A DNA stretch of 56,801 bases from a virus (Duplodnaviria > Caudoviricetes), in the IMG/VR virus record IMGVR_UViG_3300037504_000230, positions 1-56,801 of that record; one strand, given 5' to 3'. The notes under the pieces are model-generated. The model had not been told where the DNA came from. It worked only from the letters and a program-made list of their open reading frames with translations, and did no database searches. A program made the position numbers and the translations under genes. How positions within the stretch are numbered: the first letter of the stretch is position 1; each line of letters begins with the position of its first letter. Positions 9,680-18,514 of the stretch are shown piece by piece.

Positions 9680-10641
9680 CCTAAAGCCTCCCTCACCGCA
9701 TCCCAGAACATCTCCGTGCCGCGCCCTATATCATCGGGGCGGTTCTCAATCCACCACAACGCACCAACGCGGCCCTCAACTTTTAGCTCACAGCCCGCAT
9801 ACCACGCCTCAGCCACCACGCGCCCAAACGACTCCACCCATGTCGGGCGCATGATAAATGCTTTGGCGCGCCCGTACCACGACGGCATATCCTGCGGTGG
9901 TACAAATCCGTGAAACTTGAACCGTGACGGCAGGCTGTCTAGGCGATTGCCCCTCACGATATCGCCCACGAATTCAACGCTCTGACCAGTACGCAGCCCA
10001 TAATCTACCGCAAAATGGACGCCCTTAGTCACACCTACACGCCCAACGAAGAGATTCTCGATATCACGATCTTCGGGCGACAGTGCGGCGTTACGGAACT
10101 TATCTGCCTCAATCGGTGGCGGAATTAATTCGACGGGTACATCCGGACCTAGTGGGAATCCAAACCACTGGAGGTGCGTCAGTGAGTTGAAAATCAGTAG
10201 CGCGCTGTTATCTAATAGCCAGCGCCTTAGTTCGTGGTCGCCGACCGCCCATGGGTCCCGCACCTGCTTGATTACGGGCCTTAGCGCCAACTCCTCAATC
10301 CAGCGCTTGTCATATTGCGTGCAATTCTGGATAATGTAGGCGTCGAGGTCACGCGGCGGGCGCTTGTTAGGTGGGCAATAAACCAACTCAACGTTATCGG
10401 GCGCCGCGTTGTGTAGTAGGCCCCAGGAAATCTCAGAGCCGCCAATGAATCCAGGATTGTCTTTAAGCCAGCCGATGCGTAGACGGTTAGTATCCGGCGG
10501 GGCTGTATCAGGCCTCGAATAGTCCGCGCTCAGCAGGCCGCCTTGGTCGCCAAGTCTAATAATTTGCCGGCCTAGCGCCGGAGCCATTGCTGTGCCGCCA
10601 GTATCTATAATCGTAAGCTCATGTGTTGTGCTCCCTACCAT
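9676..10641 (-). CDS. Glycosyltransferase family 4 (GT-B)
   Basis: IGGSE, LFVGRV..TKG, ESFGRVVAEA (E-x7-E) motifs; start uncertain. Confidence 0.85.
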   Translation of the reverse strand: MVGSTTHELTIIDTGGTAMAPALGRQIIRLGDQGGLLSADYSRPDTAPPDTNRLRIGWLKDNPGFIGGSEISWGLLHNAAPDNVELVYCPPNKRPPRDLDAYIIQNCTQYDKRWIEELALRPVIKQVRDPWAVGDHELRRWLLDNSALLIFNSLTHLQWFGFPLGPDVPVELIPPPIEADKFRNAALSPEDRDIENLFVGRVGVTKGVHFAVDYGLRTGQSVEFVGDIVRGNRLDSLPSRFKFHGFVPPQDMPSWYGRAKAFIMRPTWVESFGRVVAEAWYAGCELKVEGRVGALWWIENRPDDIGRGTEMFWDAVREALG

Positions 10642-11783
10642 AGCTCCACCTCCACCCTCTCGATAAATGGGCGCCAGCGCTGTTCCCATACCGCGTCATG
10701 GCCATAGCGCGCCTCCAGCAGCCCGCGTGACTCATTGAGCTCGTACATATCCCGATGCTCATAGTAGTATTCGAGCGCATTTAGAACATCAGGTACACTT
10801 GGTGTATCCCAATAATACTCTAATGATGGAATCCACATGCGCTGCGCTGTCGGCACCGTAGTACCATAGATATTAATTTCACCGTGAGCGTGCGCGTCCT
10901 GTGTAATCACCGGCACACCGCAGGCCTGCGCCTCTAGAACCGGAAATCCAAACCCCTCAGCCTTACTTGGCGCAAGCAGAACATCACTGGCCTGGTAAAT
11001 CTCGGCCATCTGATCGTCGCCGATACCCATATAAATAGCATCCTGAGGTGCATAAATCACACGCTCCGACTCAATTCCCAGGCGCTCGAAGTGATTCACG
11101 AAGTTCATACCATCCTGGATAGGCGTGAGCATCGTATGGATATAAGCATATGTATCTCCATGACTTCTCAGGAATGCCGATAGAGCTTGAACCACCTCCC
11201 CCCACGCCTTCCGACACGGAAAGCCCTTATTCGCGCCCACTGACGTAACAATGAATCCGTCTTGTGGTAAGCGCAGTTTACGTCTTAGTAACGCCTTTGT
11301 CTCGGCGTTCACCGGTTTGAATAACTTGAAGTCAAACCCCGGCGGCATGTACGTGTTAGCAATTCCCGCCCGTTCTAACTCATCGGACGCCCACATAGTG
11401 TACGTCGTTACATAGTCCGCGTGCGCCAGGCATTGTATCGCGCGCGGCGGAACGGGTACATTATCTAGCGGGAAATAGGCGATCCACGGGACTGGGATCA
11501 TGCGATAAATATCGGGCGGGAACGCCCATACATCGTAGATTGTCATCACGATATCTGCATTAAAGTGCTCGCACGCCGCCTTGATCGCGTCTACGCCCAG
11601 CCGCTTACTATGCGGCGGATATACAACAGTACCATGCCAGCGGATAGCGGCGCCACTAAGGCCGTGCTTGGCCAGAATCGCTACCTCATGTCCATCGGCC
11701 TTAAGGCGTGCTGTAATATCCCGCGCCTGACGCCCGTAAGCCGTGGTGTCCCACGGCGCATCAGTCCAGAGCAACCAGCGCAT
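10635..11783 (-). CDS. Glycosyltransferase family 4 (GT-B)
   Basis: TAYGRQ, VGANK..RK, EGFGFPVLEAQACGVPVI (E-x7-E). Confidence 0.9.
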   Translation of the reverse strand: MRWLLWTDAPWDTTAYGRQARDITARLKADGHEVAILAKHGLSGAAIRWHGTVVYPPHSKRLGVDAIKAACEHFNADIVMTIYDVWAFPPDIYRMIPVPWIAYFPLDNVPVPPRAIQCLAHADYVTTYTMWASDELERAGIANTYMPPGFDFKLFKPVNAETKALLRRKLRLPQDGFIVTSVGANKGFPCRKAWGEVVQALSAFLRSHGDTYAYIHTMLTPIQDGMNFVNHFERLGIESERVIYAPQDAIYMGIGDDQMAEIYQASDVLLAPSKAEGFGFPVLEAQACGVPVITQDAHAHGEINIYGTTVPTAQRMWIPSLEYYWDTPSVPDVLNALEYYYEHRDMYELNESRGLLEARYGHDAVWEQRWRPFIERVEVELW

Positions 11784-11983
11784 CAGTCATCGTCCTTTCG
11801 GTAAACGGGCATATCTACCGCTTTGGCCTGATCCTGTTCTAGCTCTGTGATGCGTTGTTGTTGCTCGTTATGCCTCACCACAATAGCCTGCACCGCCTGC
11901 TGTGCTTGGACATGCTGCTGGCGCGTGAGGGACACCTGTGATACAATATTGTCTATAAGTTGTACTGCTTGCTCAAAGTCCAT
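11783..11983 (-). CDS. Small coiled-coil hypothetical protein
   Basis: GGAGG RBS; Gln-rich; coupled to the next gene. Confidence 0.7.
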   Translation of the reverse strand: MDFEQAVQLIDNIVSQVSLTRQQHVQAQQAVQAIVVRHNEQQQRITELEQDQAKAVDMPVYRKDDD

Positions 11984-12001
11984 TTTAAACCTCCAAGGGT
12001 T

Positions 12002-12673
12002 TCAATTTCTTAAATAATCAATACTAATATCTATGATTTGTCGATATTCATTTAGGCTATCCTGGCGCTCGGCGATGCGATTCTCAATATGCGCCCGCCC
12101 GATACAGCAGCAGGCGTCATCATAGCCGTTAAAGCAGTCGATCACGGCCTCGGCTAGCTCATCCGCGCCGTCGCCCCCGTAGGCGCCGGATGTAGTCGGG
12201 AATGACTGACCATAGCAGTCAAGTTGCACCGTAGATACACTGCGCCCGGTTGCCCGATCGTGCGTGCGGAAAATTGCGTCAGTGTCTGCGATGGGCACAT
12301 GGTATACGATTAGCGGGTACGTGGCTTTCTCTGGGACGCGGTCTGGGTAAATACTTGCGCCCACGATGTCGGTCACACCAGAGCACGCACGTAGTCTGCG
12401 ACTGACCATGGCGCGTAACGTCCCGCAAATCCCTACGACGGCGCTATCCGTAAACGAGTCAGTATCCTTTGTAGCCGTGATGCTGATGCTCTGAATGTCG
12501 ACCGGGCACGTAAACGAGTAGTCCGCCGATGTCGTGCCCTGGCCCGCGTCGGGGTCAGGCGACCACGTCAGCGTCACGCCAGGCTCGCCCACGGGCGCAA
12601 TCGTCGCCGTGAACGTATAGGTACCCGGCGCGTTAACCGTCGGCGCCGTGATCGTCACGCCAGTTAGAGTCAT
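12002..12673 (-). CDS. Tail terminator/completion protein (DUF3168-like) with N-terminal Ig/PKD-like domain
   Basis: C-half VGASIYPDRVPEKATYPLIVY...VQLDCYG; N-half Thr-rich beta-sandwich. Confidence 0.75.
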   Translation of the reverse strand: MTLTGVTITAPTVNAPGTYTFTATIAPVGEPGVTLTWSPDPDAGQGTTSADYSFTCPVDIQSISITATKDTDSFTDSAVVGICGTLRAMVSRRLRACSGVTDIVGASIYPDRVPEKATYPLIVYHVPIADTDAIFRTHDRATGRSVSTVQLDCYGQSFPTTSGAYGGDGADELAEAVIDCFNGYDDACCCIGRAHIENRIAERQDSLNEYRQIIDISIDYLRN

Positions 12674-13644
12674 TCGCTGTAGTGGTTGTCCGAGAAGTTA
12701 GCGCCTAATGCCTGCGCTTGCGCTACAGTACAATCATAGGTCGCGGCGTCAGTAGCCGTCTCATACCAGTTATCGCACACGAGGCCGTCACACGTCGGTC
12801 CGCCAGCCTGATTAAAGTCGATAGCGTCAGTATAATCTATAAATGTGTTGGATTTATAGAGAAAGTTTTGCGGCGTCGCAGTTGATACATGCTCGATGCC
12901 GTTTATGTTATCCACGAAATGGCAGGCGACGACGTGGTTATGATCTGGGTTGTTGCTCGATGTGCTATCGAAAATAATACCGGCGTCAAAACCCTCGAAT
13001 ACGCAATTCTCGATACGATTATAAGATCCGGCCTGGAATTCGATACCATAATCATTACCCCACCAGTCCACGAAGCGGCAATTCTTAATGTAACAGAATC
13101 CGCCATTATAGGATCCGCCCTCCCCGTCGAAACACATTGCGCCCGCACTGTCGGAGCAGTCATCACTCTGGCCGCTGGCGGATGTGTTGCGTGTGACGAA
13201 CTCTAGGCCGATGATAGCACAACTCTCCTGAATTATGATAGTCGGCCCGGAGTCATAAGAGGCGGCGGGATAGGTGCTGAAACTTACTTCACCCTGCTGC
13301 CATGGATTCGCGCCTAGGTCGCTAGCGATAATTGTGACCCCGCGCTTATTAACGGTGATAGCGCTAGTCGGGTTCTCGGTGCCCGGCATACGAACTATAA
13401 TATCGCCGTTACCGCTAGTGGTGGCATTAATGCCTGCTTGAAGCGTGGCGAACGCCCGGTCTGGCCCGGTGCCATCATTGCTGTCGCTGCCATTAGTCGG
13501 ATCCACGAAAAATACATCACCGGTCCGCGTGGGCGGCATAAATGACGTAGTAATGTCGTTTACCCAGTCCTGCGGATCCCTCATCTGAAAATACCTGCGC
13601 AGCCAGGCCGCCGTGCGGACTGACCCTGCGGTTGCTACTGTCAT
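12670..13644 (-). CDS. Right-handed beta-helix (pectin-lyase-like) protein, putative neck appendage
   Basis: FFVDPTNGSDSNDG...AFATLQAGINA..GDII motif; IKNCRF / IENCVF rungs. Confidence 0.75.
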   Translation of the reverse strand: MTVATAGSVRTAAWLRRYFQMRDPQDWVNDITTSFMPPTRTGDVFFVDPTNGSDSNDGTGPDRAFATLQAGINATTSGNGDIIVRMPGTENPTSAITVNKRGVTIIASDLGANPWQQGEVSFSTYPAASYDSGPTIIIQESCAIIGLEFVTRNTSASGQSDDCSDSAGAMCFDGEGGSYNGGFCYIKNCRFVDWWGNDYGIEFQAGSYNRIENCVFEGFDAGIIFDSTSSNNPDHNHVVACHFVDNINGIEHVSTATPQNFLYKSNTFIDYTDAIDFNQAGGPTCDGLVCDNWYETATDAATYDCTVAQAQALGANFSDNHYSE

Positions 13645-13645
13645 A

Positions 13646-14122
13646 TCATATTCCTCCTAAAATTATACTTGCCGTTTCATCAGCTATCACCTGCGCAGCT
13701 TTACGCTCCGCATTTCTGACGCCCGGTCTAAAATGCGGGCTCGCCGGGATAGTGTACGTCGTCGAAAGCGCCAACGCCTTCCACATGTCCTCTTTAGTCT
13801 CCGCGAACTTGGCCCAGAAGAATCGCCGCTGACGGTCCGTGATGCGCTGGCGTGGCAAGCCGAACTCCTGGGCGAATACGTAAGGCAATGGCCCTTCAAT
13901 CATGTGAACCTCGCGCGGCCCAACCTTCTGCACATGAACCGAGTTATACAATGCCTTGGTATCGATAAGGTCACGCGCCTGGATTTGGTCGCGCACGCTG
14001 TCGGCTAGTACCTCGCCGCCCGCCATCAATGCTGGCGTGACGGCCTTATCGCCTAACTTGCCCAGCTTACTAAGTTGGGCCGATAAATTATCTAATCCCT
14101 GTACCTCGGCCTGGCGTGCCAT
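13646..14122 (-). CDS. HK97 gp10-like / virion morphogenesis neck protein
   Basis: VQGLDNL..L, DTKALYNS, YVFAQEFG, IPASPHFRP motifs. Confidence 0.8.
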   Translation of the reverse strand: MARQAEVQGLDNLSAQLSKLGKLGDKAVTPALMAGGEVLADSVRDQIQARDLIDTKALYNSVHVQKVGPREVHMIEGPLPYVFAQEFGLPRQRITDRQRRFFWAKFAETKEDMWKALALSTTYTIPASPHFRPGVRNAERKAAQVIADETASIILGGI

Positions 14123-14490
14123 TATTCAATCCGCTCCAATTTTACATAGATGTGGTGAGATGTCGTTGAATTGCGCTTATATAGTTCCTCTACCGTCAGC
14201 GGGCCCGACTCAACCGACGCGCTGCCTCGCGTAAATACAATGTTCGTAATCCGATCCTCCTCTTGGATATCAGTGCCGGACGGCAGCATAAGGAACGGCT
14301 CCTCTAGCATCTGTAGCCCCGCGCCCTCATCCGCGATACGCTCTTGGTCCTCGACGTAGCGACATGAGAACGATCCAAGGTTTGAATACGTCCGCGTCGG
14401 CTCGCCCGTAAACGATGCATAAGATAGGCTCCCGCGCTGAATAATACAGGTGTGGATGTAATGGCGTAATAGGTGAATAGGCGTCGTCAT
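14122..14490 (-). CDS. Head closure (head-tail joining) protein
   Basis: Position and size; TDIQEEDRI motif. Confidence 0.7.
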   Translation of the reverse strand: MTTPIHLLRHYIHTCIIQRGSLSYASFTGEPTRTYSNLGSFSCRYVEDQERIADEGAGLQMLEEPFLMLPSGTDIQEEDRITNIVFTRGSASVESGPLTVEELYKRNSTTSHHIYVKLERIE

Positions 14491-14951
14491 TGATAGTCAA
14501 TCTCGATCTTCTGGTTGATGTCTTCGATGTCACGGCGGCTGATTACGTCAAATGACGCGCGCTTGACACCCCCCCCCGCGATTTCCGCTAGGTAGCCAGA
14601 GCAATCCATGGCCTCAGCCTGCTGCCCATAGAGGGACGCGCGTAGAGCGAACCCCTCTTTGCCCATATAGGCTACGCGCCACTCGCCCGCCACGTCCTCA
14701 GATTTAGTCTGTCGCTCGCTGACCGTGACCATATGCGCGGCGACTAGGGCGGCGATCTCGCAATAGGCGTCATTGCCGCCGCAGTCGCTAAGTTCGCCGA
14801 TTAGCGGCTCAGTGTAGAAGTACGCCTGATTGATGCGCAGGTTCAATTGCGCATCCGTGAGATTTGTCCCTGTAGGCGCGAGTATATCCGAGATATAGCT
14901 GGCGTCCACGCCGGAGCATAGCGCGGCGAACGTGGCGTTGATCGTCGCCAT
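14487..14951 (-). CDS. Head-tail adaptor (DUF4054-like)
   Basis: LVAAHM...KSEDVAGEW...SLYGQQA..MDCSG motif; downstream of the capsid gene. Confidence 0.7.
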   Translation of the reverse strand: MATINATFAALCSGVDASYISDILAPTGTNLTDAQLNLRINQAYFYTEPLIGELSDCGGNDAYCEIAALVAAHMVTVSERQTKSEDVAGEWRVAYMGKEGFALRASLYGQQAEAMDCSGYLAEIAGGGVKRASFDVISRRDIEDINQKIEIDYQ

Positions 14952-15112
14952 TACAGCGCCTCGAATTTCTCGCGGTTGGCGATATATTCCTCTTCGGGAA
15001 TTTCGCCTTCCATACCGGGCTTCAGGACAGTGGCTGGTTGACCGTCTTTTCCCTCGCCGGTTACATGCGTGCCGACTAGCACGCGGACCTTAACCTTCTT
15101 ACTCGTTGCCAT
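14951..15112 (-). CDS. Small 53-aa head-region protein (not in the ORF track)
   Basis: GGAGG RBS, MATSKKVKVRVLVGTHV...KFEAL, TAATG coupling to the next gene. Confidence 0.7.
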   Translation of the reverse strand: MATSKKVKVRVLVGTHVTGEGKDGQPATVLKPGMEGEIPEEEYIANREKFEAL

Positions 15113-15131
15113 ATCTACCTCCTAGGGTTAT

Positions 15132-16166
15132 TTAGCAACTGGTCACGTGGGCGATGCCCGCGTTGCCAGCATAATCAGTCTTCAGTCGGGCGACTCCGGC
15201 CCACATCACTGCAAAGTAAACACGGCTCTGATCCGGCGCCTCCCAGCGCATATTCTCCATGCCCATCGCGACCAACAGGTCGATCACGTTGGCTTCCGGC
15301 TGATACCACACCATTTCTCCGGCTGGCATTAAGTCGTTGACCTTCACAAAATTGATAAAGGGTAGGTTCTCAATCACCTGCAAGGCGCTCATGCCCGTGC
15401 CGTCGGTGTAACGATTTAGCATCTCGATATACTGTGTGTTGGCGATATAGACATTAAATGGGCCATAGTAGCGATTGCCGGAGAGGGTTGTGAATACGCC
15501 CAGGAATGTATCTAGGATATTACTGATGGTCCCGAAGTCGCCGCCACCAAACGCGGCGGCAGTGCCCGTGGTACGCGCTGCTAGTGTACGCAGGCCAGGG
15601 ATCGTATTGCCGCCCACATTAACATCGGTGTTGCCGTTGATAATCGTGTCCTCAACCTTCTCGACGACGGCGACGGTGGCCTCCTCGGCCTCGGTGGTTT
15701 CGATGGGGCGGCCATTTAGGCTGTAGGTTTCTAGCTCGCGTCGCCCGAAATCGTAGGTCGTGTGGATGATCGGGACGGGCACCGCGTAGTATTTCGTGTC
15801 CGTGCGGTCACTGTCTACTGCGCTACCGAATTCCAACGTCACATCAGCCTCGATGCGTTCGGAGCTGACGCCCCACTCGCTCTCATATGCGCCGATGGGC
15901 CAGTCGCGCTCCAGGTTGGCAGGTGGTCCAGCTAGGTCGTCGAGTACATTAATGCGCTGGCTAACGCGGCGGGCGATAGCCTTGTCTAACTGGCTCCAAT
16001 CTTTCTCATTTAGATAAGCATTCCGAGTCAGATCGCCCTTAGCGTTGCAGGCGAGTCCATTGGCATTGAAGTACTCTGGCCGCCATACATGGTCCAGGAT
16101 GCTTTGGCGTGCCAGCGCCCAAGCATTCGCGGTGCTGAAAATACCTTTAGTCGTTTTCGCTCTCAT
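15132..16166 (-). CDS. Major capsid protein (HK97 fold, Linocin_M18/encapsulin-like family)
   Basis: 344 aa; VPVPIIH..Y.F..REL, VVEKVEDTIING, YYGPFNVY motifs; follows protease and decoration genes. Confidence 0.88.
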   Translation of the reverse strand: MRAKTTKGIFSTANAWALARQSILDHVWRPEYFNANGLACNAKGDLTRNAYLNEKDWSQLDKAIARRVSQRINVLDDLAGPPANLERDWPIGAYESEWGVSSERIEADVTLEFGSAVDSDRTDTKYYAVPVPIIHTTYDFGRRELETYSLNGRPIETTEAEEATVAVVEKVEDTIINGNTDVNVGGNTIPGLRTLAARTTGTAAAFGGGDFGTISNILDTFLGVFTTLSGNRYYGPFNVYIANTQYIEMLNRYTDGTGMSALQVIENLPFINFVKVNDLMPAGEMVWYQPEANVIDLLVAMGMENMRWEAPDQSRVYFAVMWAGVARLKTDYAGNAGIAHVTSC

Positions 16167-16175
16167 GTCTCCTCC

Positions 16176-16673
16176 TCAGATAATCCGTACTTTGATGCGG
16201 GCGTACGTGGTTTCGCCAGAGTTATCGACGTCCTCGGCGGGGATACCCACGATTTCGTTATCCTGCAAATCTGTGCCCGACGCAACCAACACACCGCCCG
16301 CGCCATCACTCACAAGCTGGCTGACGCCCTCGACGGCGGTTGCACTGCCCGACGCGCTACCTAACAACATTAGGCATACGTCGCCCGGCGTCGCCTGGAT
16401 GTAGCGCACGCTCTCGCCGGCCTTATAGTAGATGTCGATGGCGGCGGACGTGGGCGACGCGGCGGTGTTCGGGTAGTGACTCTCAAGTGCCACGAGTTTA
16501 CCAGGTAAGAAACTACCGCGCGTTGGGTGCGCAATCAGGCTGCCGCTGTTATTTTTTAGCAGCATGCCCGGCAGGCAGCGAAACGAACTCGACCCGCGCA
16601 TTTCCAATTGGACGCGGTCATGAGCATCCGCCGACTGTACTAAAATCCTATGTTCCGTAGTCGTCCTTGCCAT
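16176..16673 (-). CDS. Capsid decoration/cement protein
   Basis: PGML, Y.AGE.V, LVSDGAG motifs; between protease and MCP. Confidence 0.7.
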   Translation of the reverse strand: MARTTTEHRILVQSADAHDRVQLEMRGSSSFRCLPGMLLKNNSGSLIAHPTRGSFLPGKLVALESHYPNTAASPTSAAIDIYYKAGESVRYIQATPGDVCLMLLGSASGSATAVEGVSQLVSDGAGGVLVASGTDLQDNEIVGIPAEDVDNSGETTYARIKVRII

Positions 16674-18508
16674 TATTCACCCTCCTCGCGCCCAAACGGA
16701 TCGGGGCGCTTATATTCATGCACACCTTCGGTCGTGTTAACCTCCAGCTTATTCGCCATGCCGCGCCCGCTGTAGTCGGGCGTACGCGCGTTTCTCTGGA
16801 CGGCTTGCGCGGCCAGCTGTTCAATTACGTCATCCGGTAGCACGCCCAGGGCCTCGGTCTCCATGTCGCTGTTGGCTACTATCGCCTCAAGCCACCCCTG
16901 GCGTTTCTCGGCGCGCTCACGCCGCGCGTTGACTAGAATCTCGGCGGCCTTTTCGGGACCGCCAACAGCCTCGGCAGCTTCGGTCAGCGCCGTGCATGCA
17001 TTGGCCATCGGCGGCTCTTCCTCTTCCATCCCTCCGCCGGCGGAGCCCGCCAGCGCTTCAATCAGCGACGTGAGTTTGTTAACGACGCCGTGCGGCAACG
17101 CGGTTAGCGCATCTAGCTCGTTATCGGTGAAGCTCACGCCGTACTCCTCCCCCAGTGTTCTGAATTCCTGTACTTCCATATCCCCCTCCGTATTGCCGTG
17201 TTCCTCATTAGTCACGGCGTGATTAGGTCTCAATCCCAAGGCGCGGAGTATGCGAACGACTGCATTAACACTGACATTCTCCTCCTCGCCCATATCAAAC
17301 TCGTCCTCAAGTAACCGGCGCGCGACCGCTTCCGCGCTCTCATATGTAGCCTGCGGTATATCCGCCTGCTGCCCGCGCCCGCTGATAACGGCCATGAGCG
17401 CATTCTCATTTAGCGCGCCGCCTGGCTCGACGACTGGGAAAAACGATAACTCCCCGAACGTCTCGGCCTCCGGGTCGCCCAGCAGGCTGCCGCGCGCGAT
17501 CTGATTGCGTTGCGCCTCAGTTAATTCCTCAACGGTATCTATACCGAAGTTATAATCCTCAAGGTCTGGCGCGCTCCACTCCTCGCTCGTAGTGCCGTTG
17601 TATGACGGCGTGCGCGCCTCACTTAATAGATTCGCTGCGTCAACTTTCACATTATCCCTCCTATTTGCCTCGCAAGTTCTCTGTGCCCAGTTGCCGCCCC
17701 ATCCTAGCCATGCGACGTATCCCGCGTCGCGCCACGGCTCGCCCTCGAATTCAGCGGCGACCTCGGCGTTCTCCTCATGCCGTGCAAATGCGGCCATGCG
17801 ACACACGGTATCTAGTGACAACGGTTCATTATTTGCCAGTTGGTTGGCGCGCGCCCACCCTACGCGCGTCATGCCTCGTATCTCGTCGGGATGTTCCTCT
17901 CGCCAGCGCAATACGCGCTTGGCGTTATTACGGGCCGACTCCGGCGCGCGGAACGTCTCCTGATTGACGCGCGGCGCTCCGCAGCCGTCAGCCCAAGAGC
18001 ACGCGCCTGTCTCGTTGAGGAGCATCGCTAGGTGGTCCGGCTTTAGGTCGCGGGCCACGCCTTCGTAGTCCTGCCCGTTATAGGTCCCGCCCTGGCTATC
18101 AAGCTCGCGCCAGTAACCAGTGGACACCTCGACGGGCTCGCCCCTGCGTAGGCGGCGGAGTAGCTCGCGGCCATCGGCGGTTTGTTGCGCCAGCTCTACG
18201 TCGATCCAAGCTTCGCCCTTGATAGCACCGTCGTCGAGGTAGGTGCGGTAGAAGTCGCCGACCTGCCATAGCTCCAGCGTGCGCGGATCATTGGCGCTGA
18301 TAAACGCCTCGCCCTGCTGTGGATGGCCTAGCGTGACGGGCCGCCCGTCCCAAGACCCGAACCCGCGCTCCAGCTCCTCAAAGGGAACGAACTCACCATT
18401 GAGTACCGCGTCGCCCTTGATGGCTACGACGGGCGCAACTAAGAACTCGCGACCGCGCAGGCGGTCTGTGCGGACCTTAGCATTAACGGTATTACATGTA
18501 AAGAGCAT
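16673..18508 (-). CDS. Prohead protease/scaffold (DUF2213-like) with inserted domains
   Basis: PVTLGHP, EVSTGY, PDHLAML..GACS..DGCG motifs; acidic scaffold-like C-terminus. Confidence 0.8.
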   Translation of the reverse strand: MLFTCNTVNAKVRTDRLRGREFLVAPVVAIKGDAVLNGEFVPFEELERGFGSWDGRPVTLGHPQQGEAFISANDPRTLELWQVGDFYRTYLDDGAIKGEAWIDVELAQQTADGRELLRRLRRGEPVEVSTGYWRELDSQGGTYNGQDYEGVARDLKPDHLAMLLNETGACSWADGCGAPRVNQETFRAPESARNNAKRVLRWREEHPDEIRGMTRVGWARANQLANNEPLSLDTVCRMAAFARHEENAEVAAEFEGEPWRDAGYVAWLGWGGNWAQRTCEANRRDNVKVDAANLLSEARTPSYNGTTSEEWSAPDLEDYNFGIDTVEELTEAQRNQIARGSLLGDPEAETFGELSFFPVVEPGGALNENALMAVISGRGQQADIPQATYESAEAVARRLLEDEFDMGEEENVSVNAVVRILRALGLRPNHAVTNEEHGNTEGDMEVQEFRTLGEEYGVSFTDNELDALTALPHGVVNKLTSLIEALAGSAGGGMEEEEPPMANACTALTEAAEAVGGPEKAAEILVNARRERAEKRQGWLEAIVANSDMETEALGVLPDDVIEQLAAQAVQRNARTPDYSGRGMANKLEVNTTEGVHEYKRPDPFGREEGE

Positions 18509-18514
18509 AAATTC

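Noticed and set aside
15132-16166. Encapsulin nanocompartment or bacteriocin
   Set aside because: Sits in a full head module with portal, protease and terminase, so it is the major capsid protein
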